A DNA stretch of 63,376 nucleotides from NCBI GenBank assembly GCA_021811325.1, contig JAJZPE010000004.1:1-63376 (forward strand). The letters run 5' to 3'. Made by a program: the position numbers and the translations under genes. This stretch comes from Bacillota bacterium (GTDB taxonomy: Bacteria > Bacillota > Sulfobacillia > JAJYWN01 > JAJZPE01). Positions 46,234 through 55,206 of the stretch are shown here, in pieces. The notes under the pieces were generated by a model. The model was not told where the DNA came from, searched no databases, and saw only the letters and a program-made list of their open reading frames with translations. Position 1 is the stretch's first letter; each line of letters opens with the position of its first letter.

Positions 46234-47625
46234 GTGCCGGAAGTCCGGTGTGTGATCCTGGCCGCGGGCCAGGGCACGAGGATGAAATCGAACCTGCCCA
46301 AGGCGATGCACCCGCTGGCCGGGCGACCGATGGTCGATTACGTGGTCAGGGCGGCCACCGCGGCCACTGGCGAAAGGCCGCTGGTCGTCGTGGGCTACGG
46401 GCGAGAACTGGTCGAGGCCGCCCTCGCCGGGCGGGCCGACTTCGTCGTCCAGAAGGAGCAGCTCGGCACGGGGCACGCGGCCGCTCAGGCCGCCGAGAAG
46501 CTGACCGGCTTCCGCGGGACGGTGGTCGTGCTCCCCTGCGACACGCCCCTCATCTCCCCCCGGACGCTGGCCGACTTCATCGCCACCCACGAGCGGGCGG
46601 GGGCCGCCGTGACCGTCCTCACCGCCGCCCTCGAGGACCCGTCCGGTTACGGCCGGGTCATCAGGTCGGCGGACGGCCGGGTGACGGCCGTGGTCGAGGA
46701 CCGGGACGCCACCCCGGAACAGCGGGCCATCCGGGAGATAAACACGGCCATCTACTGCTTTGACAGCCAGACCCTCTTTGCCGCCCTGCCGCGGCTGAGA
46801 CGGGACAACGCCCAGCAGGAATACTACCTGCCGGACGTGGTCGAGCTGACCCTGGCCGACGGCCGCCCGGTCCACGCCTACCAGGCCGGTGACCCCGACG
46901 AAGTGAGCGGGGTCAACAACCGCCGCCAGCAGGCCCAGGCGGAAGCCGTCGTCCGCCGGCGCACCCTGGACCGCCTGATGGACGAGGGGGTGACCGTGGT
47001 CGACCCCGAGACCACTTTCATCGACGACACCGTCAAGGTCGGACCGGACGTCACCGTCTTGCCCTTCACCTTCATCAGCGGGGAGAGCGAGGTCGGGCCG
47101 GAGTGCCGCCTGGGTCCGGCGGCCGACATCCGCGACTCGCGGCTCGGCCGGGAGTGCGTCGTCCAGTACTCGGTGGTGGAGAAGAGCGCGGTCGCCGACA
47201 GGGTGACCATCGGCCCCTTCGCCCACCTCCGCGCGGACAATGAAGTGGCCTCGGACGTCCGCGTCGGCAACTACGCCGAGATCAAGAACTCGCGGGTCGG
47301 CCCGGGGACGAAGATCTCCCACCACAGCTACATCGGGGACGCGGACATCGGGGGCGAGGTCAACATCGGGGCCGGCGTGGTCGTGGTCAACTTCGACGGC
47401 CTGAGAAAGCACCGGACCGAGATTGGCGAGGGGGCCTTCATCGGCTGCAACAACAACCTGGTGGCCCCGATGAAAGTCGGCCCGGGGGCCTACACGGCGG
47501 CCGGCTCCACTCTGACCAAGGACGTACCGGCCGACGCCCTGGCCGTCTCCCGCGAGAGACAGCAGGTCCACCTGGCCGGGTGGGCCCGCCGACGCAGGGA
47601 AAAGGCGAACAAGGAAGAACCCTGA
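46234..47625 (+). CDS. glmU: Bifunctional UDP-GlcNAc pyrophosphorylase / glucosamine-1-P acetyltransferase
   Basis: ILAAG.GTRMKS, QLGTGHA, GYGR, EINT, EYYL, hexapeptide repeats, HHSYIGDA. Confidence 0.96.
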   Translation: MPEVRCVILAAGQGTRMKSNLPKAMHPLAGRPMVDYVVRAATAATGERPLVVVGYGRELVEAALAGRADFVVQKEQLGTGHAAAQAAEKLTGFRGTVVVLPCDTPLISPRTLADFIATHERAGAAVTVLTAALEDPSGYGRVIRSADGRVTAVVEDRDATPEQRAIREINTAIYCFDSQTLFAALPRLRRDNAQQEYYLPDVVELTLADGRPVHAYQAGDPDEVSGVNNRRQQAQAEAVVRRRTLDRLMDEGVTVVDPETTFIDDTVKVGPDVTVLPFTFISGESEVGPECRLGPAADIRDSRLGRECVVQYSVVEKSAVADRVTIGPFAHLRADNEVASDVRVGNYAEIKNSRVGPGTKISHHSYIGDADIGGEVNIGAGVVVVNFDGLRKHRTEIGEGAFIGCNNNLVAPMKVGPGAYTAAGSTLTKDVPADALAVSRERQQVHLAGWARRRREKANKEEP

Positions 47626-47664
47626 GAAGTGGTCGACAACAAGGGAGATCCGGGGGGACAATAC

Positions 47665-48621
47665 TTGACACCGATCACTAAAGAAATGAACGTGCAGGTC
47701 TTCAGCGGGTCGGCCAACCGGGCCCTGGCTGAGGAGATTGCCAGGTACCTGGGGATTGCCACGGCCCGGGCCGACGTGGGGCGGTTCTCTGACGGTGAGA
47801 TCAAGGTCATCATCGATGAGAACGTCCGCGGGGCCGACGTCTTCCTCATCCAGCCGACCTGTACCCCGATCAACGACCACCTTATGGAGCTTCTGATTAT
47901 GATCGACGCCGTGCGCCGGTCCTCGGCCAAACGGATCACGGCGGTCATCCCCTACTATGGCTACGCCCGGCAAGACCGGAAGACCCGCGGGCGCGAGCCG
48001 ATCACCGCCAAGCTCGTGGCCAACCTCCTGACCACGGCCGGCGTCGGCCGCATCCTGACCGTCGACCTTCACGCCGGCCAGATCCAGGGGTTCTTCGACA
48101 TCCCGGTCGACCACCTCAGCGGCATCCCCATCGTGGCCGAGTACCTTCTGTCCAAGAAGCTGAAGGACGCCGTGGTTGTCTCGCCCGACCTGGGCGGCGT
48201 GACCAGGGCCAGGAACCTGGCCGACCGGCTGGGCGTGCCCATCGCCATCATCGACAAGCGGCGGCCCGAGCCGAACGTGGCCGAGGTCATGAACGTCATC
48301 GGCAAGGTCCAGGGAAAGACGGTGATCATGGTCGACGACATCATCGACACGGCCGGGACCATCGTCCTCGGGGCGACGACGATGCTCGAACGTGGCGCCA
48401 CCGAAATTTATGCCTGTTCCACCCACCCGGTTCTCTCCGGGCCGGCGGTGGAGCGCCTGACCAAGTCGCCGATCAAGGAAGTCGTGGTGACCAACACCAT
48501 CCCGCTCAACCCGGCGGCGACAGACCCGAAGTTCAGGGTCCTCTCAATCGGCCCGATCCTGGCTGAGGCGATCAGCCGAATCGCCCAGGACCTCTCGGTG
48601 AGCGCCCTCTTCACCCGTTGA
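47665..48621 (+). CDS. prs: Ribose-phosphate pyrophosphokinase
   Basis: [40 protein letters not shown]; start uncertain (47665 or 47686). Confidence 0.96.
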   Translation: MTPITKEMNVQVFSGSANRALAEEIARYLGIATARADVGRFSDGEIKVIIDENVRGADVFLIQPTCTPINDHLMELLIMIDAVRRSSAKRITAVIPYYGYARQDRKTRGREPITAKLVANLLTTAGVGRILTVDLHAGQIQGFFDIPVDHLSGIPIVAEYLLSKKLKDAVVVSPDLGGVTRARNLADRLGVPIAIIDKRRPEPNVAEVMNVIGKVQGKTVIMVDDIIDTAGTIVLGATTMLERGATEIYACSTHPVLSGPAVERLTKSPIKEVVVTNTIPLNPAATDPKFRVLSIGPILAEAISRIAQDLSVSALFTR

Positions 48622-48661
48622 GGCGGGCCGGGTCGTCGACGGCCTCGATGGCAAGAAAACG

Positions 48662-48722
48662 TTGACAATGGAAGGCGCAACGATTATCATACTAATGTTG
48701 CTGCCTATCGGCAGTGCTTTTT
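48662..48722 (+). promoter_or_regulatory. SigA promoter and 5' leader hairpin of rplY
   Basis: TTGACA-17bp-TATCAT; then GCTGCC-TATC-GGCAGT and TTTTT. Confidence 0.6.
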
Positions 48723-48752
48723 CCTGCGTGAGAAAGGGGCAGTTGGCAAGGT

Positions 48753-49454
48753 ATGGAACAGGTCATCCTGAACGCGTCTAAGCGGCCCATTGGTAAGGGC
48801 GGCGCCCACGCCGTCCGTCGCGAGGGTTATGTCCCGGCGGTCCTCTACGGCAAAGACGTCGAGCCGGTCCCGGTGAAGGTCTCAGCGCGCGAGTTCTCCC
48901 GGGTCCTCTCGACCGGCCGGAACAGCATCATCAAGCTCGCCATCGCCGACAACGGGGAGGTCGACGAGCGGACCTGCATGGTCAAGGACCTCCAGCAGGA
49001 CCCGGTCCGCGGGGAGGTCATCCACGCCGACTTCCACCAGATCAACCTGAAGGACAAACTCCGCGCGACGGTGGCGATTCGCATCGTCGGCGAGGAGGCC
49101 GCGGCCAAGGCCGGCGGCATCCTGCAGCACCAGCTGTGGGAGGTCGAGGTGGAGTGCCTGCCGACAGACATCCCGGATCACCTCGTGGCTGACGTGAGCA
49201 ACCTCTCGGTAGGCGGGCACCTCTCGGTCAAGGACCTGAAGGTCCCGGCCGACGTCGAGTTCATCACCGACCCGGACACGGTCATCGCCTCGCTGTTGGC
49301 GCCGAAGGCGGTCGAGGAGGAAGTCAAGCCCGAGGGCGAGGCCGCCGCGGAATCGGGCCAGCCCGAGGTCATCGGCCGGGGCAAGCAGGAAGAAGAAGGC
49401 GGAGCCACCCCCGCCCCGAAGGAAGGCAAGGCCAAGGCCGAGAAGGAGAAATAA
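48753..49454 (+). CDS. rplY: 50S ribosomal protein L25/Ctc
   Basis: R.EG.VPAVLYG, Q.DPV...H.DF, GGILQ, CLP..IP; acidic tail. Confidence 0.93.
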   Translation: MEQVILNASKRPIGKGGAHAVRREGYVPAVLYGKDVEPVPVKVSAREFSRVLSTGRNSIIKLAIADNGEVDERTCMVKDLQQDPVRGEVIHADFHQINLKDKLRATVAIRIVGEEAAAKAGGILQHQLWEVEVECLPTDIPDHLVADVSNLSVGGHLSVKDLKVPADVEFITDPDTVIASLLAPKAVEEEVKPEGEAAAESGQPEVIGRGKQEEEGGATPAPKEGKAKAEKEK

Positions 49455-49514
49455 ACCGCAGGGTGAATGGTCGGAGCGTAATCCTTCGGGGTTACGCTCC
49501 TTGTCGTGTAAGGG

Positions 49515-50126
49515 GTGAGTGGCTTGAGGCTTCTGGTCGGCCTGGGCAACCCGGGTCGGGAGTATGCCGGGACCAGGCACAACATGGGGTTCCGGGTCAT
49601 CGACGAGGTCGCCGCCAGGCACGGCGCGGCTCTGTCCGGCCGGCGCTTCAACTCCCGCACCGGGCGCGGGCGCGTCGGCGGCCAGGACGTCTGCCTGGTC
49701 AAGCCCCAGACGTTCATGAACGCCTCAGGGACGGCCGTCCGCGCCGCCCTGGCGACGATGGGCCTGGAGCCGTCGGACATGCTGGTCATCGTCGACGACC
49801 TGGACCTGCCCGTCGGTCGCCTGAGACTGAAGGGCTCCGGCTCGAGCGCCGGCCACCGCGGGCTCGAGTCCATCACCGCCGCCCTCGGCGGGACGGACTT
49901 CCCGCGCCTGCGCCTGGGCATCGGGCGCCCGGCCGACCGCGCCGACGTCATCGACTGGGTCCTCGAGCGGCCCAGCCGCGCCGAACTGGCCGTCCTCGAC
50001 CAGGTGGTGACGGCCGCCGCCGACTGCGTCGAGGTCTTCTTCTCCCAGGGGCTCGAGCGGGCGATGGCCTTCGTCAATGGGCTCGACCTGGCCGCGCCGC
50101 CGGTGGAAGGCGGGCCGCGGGGCTGA
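49515..50126 (+). CDS. pth: Peptidyl-tRNA hydrolase
   Basis: VGLGNPG.EY..TRHN.GF, KPQTFMN.SG, DDLDLP, GH.GL.SI. Confidence 0.95.
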   Translation: MSGLRLLVGLGNPGREYAGTRHNMGFRVIDEVAARHGAALSGRRFNSRTGRGRVGGQDVCLVKPQTFMNASGTAVRAALATMGLEPSDMLVIVDDLDLPVGRLRLKGSGSSAGHRGLESITAALGGTDFPRLRLGIGRPADRADVIDWVLERPSRAELAVLDQVVTAAADCVEVFFSQGLERAMAFVNGLDLAAPPVEGGPRG

Positions 50127-50186
50127 GCGAGGGGCCTGGACGCGGAGCCCGAGAGAAGGCGAAGCCGCTGCTTAGGCAGCGGCTTT

Positions 50187-50615
50187 TTGGGTCACAGTAA
50201 CGGCGTGGTAACCGTCGGTCTCACGCTGGCGGCCGGTCTCGCGGCCGCCTTCATCGCCCTCGTCGTCAACCGGTGGGTGGTCCGCGGCGGGAACCGCGCC
50301 GCCGTGGCCGCGCTGGTGCCCATGGTCGAAGAGACGGCCAAGACCGGGGCGGCCCTCGCCCTCGGCGCTCCCATCCTGGCCACCCACACCGCCTTCGGCC
50401 TCATCGAGGCCGCCTACGATGTCATCAAGCCGTCGCGGGTCGGGCTCTTCGCCGGCCTCGTCGGGCTGGCCGGGCACCTGGCCTTCGGCCTGACCGCATG
50501 GCTGGTCTACAACCGCTACCGCTCGGGCGCGGCGGCCGTCGCCGCCGCCACGCTCGTCCACACCTTCTTCAACGCCGTCATCATCGGGCGGTTGCCAGTC
50601 ATCGACCGCCGCTGA
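50187..50615 (+). CDS. Minimal PrsW-like glutamic intramembrane protease
   Basis: EETAK, FGLIE, GHLAF and HTFFN motifs over about 4 TMs; start uncertain. Confidence 0.6.
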   Translation: MGHSNGVVTVGLTLAAGLAAAFIALVVNRWVVRGGNRAAVAALVPMVEETAKTGAALALGAPILATHTAFGLIEAAYDVIKPSRVGLFAGLVGLAGHLAFGLTAWLVYNRYRSGAAAVAAATLVHTFFNAVIIGRLPVIDRR

Positions 50616-50692
50616 GCCGCTCCCGTGGGGCCGAGCCGTTCCTGCGGGGCCGAGTCGCCGCCGCCTTGCCGGGCCACAGCCGAAAATCGGGT

Positions 50693-50788
50693 TTGACCGG
50701 CGCCGAGCCGGGCGGATATAATGCATTGTAACCGAATGGCTCAAATGAGGTCAGGGACCCCCGGTCGAATCGGGGGAGCCCCTTTTTG
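50693..50788 (+). promoter_or_regulatory. SigA promoter with a structured, terminator-containing mfd leader
   Basis: TTGACC-18bp-TATAAT; GGGACCCCCG..CGGGGGAGCCCC then TTTTT upstream of an AGGAGG RBS. Confidence 0.55.
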
Positions 50789-50811
50789 GCGTTTAGGAGG
50801 ACGGCAACAAA

Positions 50812-53800
50812 GTGAACGAAGTCAAGATGACGATGGCGATAGATGAATTCGAGCGGGTGGCCGACGCGCTGCGCACGGGGGCCCGCGAGCAACTTATCTA
50901 CGGCCTGACCGGGTCGCAGAAGTCCTTTTTCCTGGCCCACCTGGCGCGGACCGCGGACCGGCCCCTGCTCATTATCACCGGCCACCTCTCTCAGGCCGGG
51001 CGGATCCGCGACGACCTGCGCACCTTCCTTCCGGGGCGCGGGGTCGACGTCTTCCCGGCCATCGAGATTCTCCCCTATCAGGTGGTCGCCCACAGCCCGG
51101 AACTGTTCGCCGACCGCCTCCGCGTCTTGCACCGCCTGAGCAGCGCGGCGGCGGGCGCCGGGAACGGCGGTGGAGCACCCCTGGTCGTCGCGCCGGTCGG
51201 GGCCGTCCTACCCCGCCTGATGCCCAGGTCGCGCTTCACCTCGCTGGGCATCGACCTCCACTGGGGCGACCGGCTCGACCTCGGCCGGTTGGCCGCGAGC
51301 CTCGCCGGGATGGCCTATGAGCGGGTCGACATGGTCGAGGGCAAGGGCCAGTTCAGCGTCAGGGGTGGAATCGTCGACGTCTTCTCGCCGGTGGCCGACG
51401 AGCCCTGGCGGGTCGAGCTGTTTGACGACGAGGTCGACTCCATCCGCTCTTTCGACCCGGTCTCCCAGCGCTCGCTGAGCAACCTGCAGTCGGTCAGGGT
51501 CATCCCCGCCCGGGAGATGCTCTTCCCGCCGGGCGGGCGCGAGGAGGCCCTCGGGCGCGTCCGGCGCGAACTCGAGGCCGCCCTGAAGAGGATGACCCGG
51601 GCCGGCCTCGACCAGGCCGCGGACGCCCTCCGCGAACGGGCCGAGGCCCATTTGGAGCGGCTCGGCACGGGCCAGGACGAGGGCCTCGAGTCGTACGCTC
51701 CCTTCTTCTACGAGAGTCTGGACACGCTCATCGACTACCTGCCGCCTGACGGCGTGGTCGTCTTCGATGAGCCCCACCGGGTGCGCGAGGCGGCCGCCGA
51801 GAGCGAGCGGCTGGTCGAGGAGATGTTCGGCTCGTCCCTCGAACGCGGTGAGGCCCTCCCGACCCAGACCAAGGTCTATCAGACGAGCCCTGAATTGGTC
51901 GCCCGGGCCAAGGAGCGCCCGGTCATCTACCTGTCCCTGCTCTTGCGGAAACCGCCGGCGGCCGAGCCCGACAACCTGGTCTCGGTGGAGACGCGGCCCG
52001 GGCCGAGCTTCCATGGGCAACGTGAGGCCTTCGTGGCGGAGGCCCGCCGCTACGCCTCGCGCGGTCTGCGGGTGGCCATGGTCGCCTCGACCCCGGACCG
52101 GGCCCAGAGGCTGGCGGCCATTCTGCGCGAGGCTGAGCTGCCGGCGACTACCGCGGAGAGCTGGCAGGTCCCCGACCCCGGCCGGTTCCTCGCGGTCATC
52201 GGCAGCCTCGAGACGGGTTTCGAGTTCCCCGGCGTCGGGCTGGTCGTCCTGACCGACGACGAGGTCTTCGGCCGGGTCAAGCGCCGGACCAAGCCCAGGG
52301 CCATCAAGGAAGGCCTACGCCTGGCGTCTTACCAGGACCTCAAGATCGGCGACTTCGTCGTCCACGTCAATCATGGCATCGGCAAGTACCTCGGCCTGCG
52401 GACCCTGGAGATCCAGGGCAAGAACCGCGATTATCTTTACATCCAATACTCCGGCGAGGACCGCCTGTACGTCCCGACCGACCAGATCGACCTCGTCCAG
52501 AAGTACATCGGGGCCGAGGGCCAGGAGCCCAAGGTCTATAAGCTCGGCGGCACCGAGTGGTCCAAGGTCAAGGGCCGGGTCCGAGCCTCCGTCCGGCAGA
52601 TGGCCGAGGAGTTGCTGCGCATCTACGCCGTGCGGCAGGCGATGCCCGGCCACGCCTTCGGGCCCGACACGGTCTGGCAGAAGGATTTCGAGGACGCCTT
52701 CCGCTACGAGGAAACCCCCGACCAGCTCCAGGCGACGGCGGAGATCAAGGCGGACATGGAGAAGCCGCAGCCGATGGAGCGCCTCCTGTGCGGCGATGTC
52801 GGCTACGGCAAGACCGAGGTGGCCATGCGGGCGGCCTTTAAGGCGGTCATGGACGGCAAACAGGTGGCCGTCCTCGTTCCCACGACCATCCTGGCGGCCC
52901 AGCACTTCAACACCTTCCGCGACCGCTTCGCCGGCTATCCGGTGAAGATCGAGATCTTGTCGCGCTTCCGCTCGGTGGCCGACCAGAAGAAAGCCCTGGC
53001 CGCCGTGCGCAAAGGGGCGGCCGACATCCTCATCGGCACCCACCGCCTGCTTAGTGAGGACATCCACTTCAAGGACCTGGGCCTCCTGGTCATCGACGAA
53101 GAGCAGCGCTTCGGGGTGGCCCACAAGGAGCGGTTGAAGAAGCTCAAGGAGACCGTGGACGTGCTCGTCCTGTCGGCCACGCCCATCCCGCGGACGATGC
53201 ACATGGCCATGGTCGGGATGCGGGACATGAGCGTCATCGAGACCCCGCCGGAGGACCGCTTCCCCGTCCAGACCTACGTCATCGAGTACTCCGATGAACT
53301 GGTCCGCGAGGTCCTCCAGCGCGAGCTGGACCGCGGCGGCCAGGCCTACTACGTCCACAACCGCGTCCAGACCATCGGCCGGGTCGCCGCCCGGGTGCAG
53401 CGGCTCATCCCCGACACGCGAGTGGCCGTCGGCCACGGGCAGATGGCCGAGGACCAATTGGAGCGGGTGATGTTGGACTTCATGGAGGGCCAGGACGACG
53501 TCCTGGTCTGCACGACGATCATCGAGAACGGCCTGGACATCCCGAACGTCAACACCCTTCTCGTCGAGGACGCCGACCACCTCGGCCTGGCTCAGCTCTA
53601 CCAGCTGCGCGGACGGGTCGGCCGGTCGAACCGCCTGGCCTACGCCTATTTCACATACCGGCCAGACCGCTCCATCAGCGAGACCGCCGAGAAGCGGCTC
53701 CAGGCGATCAAGGAGTTCACCGAGTTCGGGTCGGGGTTCAAGATCGCCCTCCGTGACCTGGAAATCCGCGGGGCCGGCAACATCCTCGGCCCCGAGCAGC

Positions 53801-54354
53801 ACGGCCACATCCTCTCGGTGGGCTTCGACCTCTACGCTCAGATGCTCGAGGAAGCGATCCAGGAGCTCAAGGGCGAGAAGCGGCCCGAGGTCATCGAGCC
53901 CTCGATCGAACTCGCCCTCGACGCCTACATCGACGATGGCTACGTTCCCGACTCTCGGCAAAAGATAGAGTTGTACAAGAAGATCTCGGTCATCGAGGGC
54001 CGGAGCGACGCCGAAGAAGTCCTGGACGAGGTCCGCGACCGGTTCGGCGAGCCGCCCGCGGCCGTCCAGAACCTGGTCGGCGTGGCCCGGCTGAAAGCCC
54101 TGGCCCGCAAGGTCGGGGCGACGGCGATCTCCCAGCAGAAGGGCTTGGTGGCGGTCAAGTTCGGCCCGATGCGCCGCCTGTCCATGGAGAGCCTGGCCGA
54201 CCTTGCCCGCAAGCATCGCGACCGGGTCGTCCTGTCTCCCCAGAAGGCCGCGCCGGTCCTCCTGGTGAAGGTCCAGGGCCTCGAGGACGCGCGGCTCGTC
54301 GAGATTCTGGAGGGCGTCCTCACCCAGGCGGAGCGCTCGGCCGGCCTCGCCTGA
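50812..54354 (+). CDS. mfd: Transcription-repair coupling factor
   Basis: UvrB-homology N-terminus, VH..HGIG, CGDVGYGKTEVA, IDEEQRFG, SATPIPRT, QLRGRVGRS, RDLEIRGAG. Confidence 0.97.
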   Translation: MNEVKMTMAIDEFERVADALRTGAREQLIYGLTGSQKSFFLAHLARTADRPLLIITGHLSQAGRIRDDLRTFLPGRGVDVFPAIEILPYQVVAHSPELFADRLRVLHRLSSAAAGAGNGGGAPLVVAPVGAVLPRLMPRSRFTSLGIDLHWGDRLDLGRLAASLAGMAYERVDMVEGKGQFSVRGGIVDVFSPVADEPWRVELFDDEVDSIRSFDPVSQRSLSNLQSVRVIPAREMLFPPGGREEALGRVRRELEAALKRMTRAGLDQAADALRERAEAHLERLGTGQDEGLESYAPFFYESLDTLIDYLPPDGVVVFDEPHRVREAAAESERLVEEMFGSSLERGEALPTQTKVYQTSPELVARAKERPVIYLSLLLRKPPAAEPDNLVSVETRPGPSFHGQREAFVAEARRYASRGLRVAMVASTPDRAQRLAAILREAELPATTAESWQVPDPGRFLAVIGSLETGFEFPGVGLVVLTDDEVFGRVKRRTKPRAIKEGLRLASYQDLKIGDFVVHVNHGIGKYLGLRTLEIQGKNRDYLYIQYSGEDRLYVPTDQIDLVQKYIGAEGQEPKVYKLGGTEWSKVKGRVRASVRQMAEELLRIYAVRQAMPGHAFGPDTVWQKDFEDAFRYEETPDQLQATAEIKADMEKPQPMERLLCGDVGYGKTEVAMRAAFKAVMDGKQVAVLVPTTILAAQHFNTFRDRFAGYPVKIEILSRFRSVADQKKALAAVRKGAADILIGTHRLLSEDIHFKDLGLLVIDEEQRFGVAHKERLKKLKETVDVLVLSATPIPRTMHMAMVGMRDMSVIETPPEDRFPVQTYVIEYSDELVREVLQRELDRGGQAYYVHNRVQTIGRVAARVQRLIPDTRVAVGHGQMAEDQLERVMLDFMEGQDDVLVCTTIIENGLDIPNVNTLLVEDADHLGLAQLYQLRGRVGRSNRLAYAYFTYRPDRSISETAEKRLQAIKEFTEFGSGFKIALRDLEIRGAGNILGPEQHGHILSVGFDLYAQMLEEAIQELKGEKRPEVIEPSIELALDAYIDDGYVPDSRQKIELYKKISVIEGRSDAEEVLDEVRDRFGEPPAAVQNLVGVARLKALARKVGATAISQQKGLVAVKFGPMRRLSMESLADLARKHRDRVVLSPQKAAPVLLVKVQGLEDARLVEILEGVLTQAERSAGLA

Positions 54355-54421
54355 CCCGGCGGCGCTTGGTCGGAAGGGCCGGGATGGGGGCACGGATCGA
54401 GGCGCCCCAACTGGAAAAAAT

Positions 54422-54451
54422 GAATAATTGTGTTAAACGGCTTATATACTA
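54422..54451 (+). promoter_or_regulatory. SigG-like promoter of spoVT
   Basis: GAATA-18bp-TATACTA; spoVT is SigG-dependent in B. subtilis. Confidence 0.65.
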
Positions 54452-54492
54452 AGACCGGACTGAAGGGGCTTTAGGGCCTGGGAAAAGGAGGG

Positions 54493-55062
54493 GTGCAGGT
54501 GAAAGCTACGGGCATTGTCAGGCGGATCGACGATCTCGGAAGGGTGGTCATCCCCAAGGAAATCCGGCGGACCCTGCGAATCCGCGAAGGCGATCCGTTG
54601 GAGATATTTGTCGACCGCGAAGGCGAAGTAATCCTGAAGAAGTACTCCCCCATCGGAGAGCTAGGCGATTTCGCCAAGGAGTATGCCGATTCCCTATACG
54701 AAGCGGTCGGCCATATCGCCTTGATCACCGACCGTGACAACATCATCGCGGTCTCCGGGGCCCCCAAGAAGGAGTTTCTGAACAAGGCCATCAGCGTGGC
54801 CGTGGAGAAGGTGATGGAGGAGCGCAAACCGGTCCTCATCACCAAGCCGGGAGAACACCGGTACTGCAAGGAGTGTCTCCTGGACGACGAGGAAGCGGGC
54901 TGCAAGTTTACGGCCGAGGTCATCGCTCCGATCATCTCGGGCGGCGACCCTATCGGCGCGGTCGTCATCACGTCGAAGGAGCCCGATGTCTCCTTCGGCG
55001 ACCTCGAGCTGAAACTGGCCGAGACCGCCGCCGGGTTCCTGGCCAAGCAGATGGAGCAATAG
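54493..55062 (+). CDS. spoVT: Stage V sporulation protein T
   Basis: KATGIVRRIDDLGRVVIPKEIRRTLRIREGDPLEIFVD plus C-terminal GAF domain. Confidence 0.96.
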   Translation: MQVKATGIVRRIDDLGRVVIPKEIRRTLRIREGDPLEIFVDREGEVILKKYSPIGELGDFAKEYADSLYEAVGHIALITDRDNIIAVSGAPKKEFLNKAISVAVEKVMEERKPVLITKPGEHRYCKECLLDDEEAGCKFTAEVIAPIISGGDPIGAVVITSKEPDVSFGDLELKLAETAAGFLAKQMEQ

Positions 55063-55147
55063 GACCCGGAGCAGCAGACCCCGAACCGGTTCCCCGACCC
55101 CATCGGATCCGTCACAGCCTCGAAATCTCTGGCCTTATGGCCTGACC

Positions 55148-55185
55148 AAAAATGCGCTGGTCTCGACTGAGCGCATTTTTGCTTT
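55148..55185 (+). terminator. Terminator after spoVT
   Basis: AAAAATGCGCT-N11-AGCGCATTTTT. Confidence 0.65.
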
Positions 55186-55206
55186 AAGTGGTCGACGGAG
55201 GGTCCT

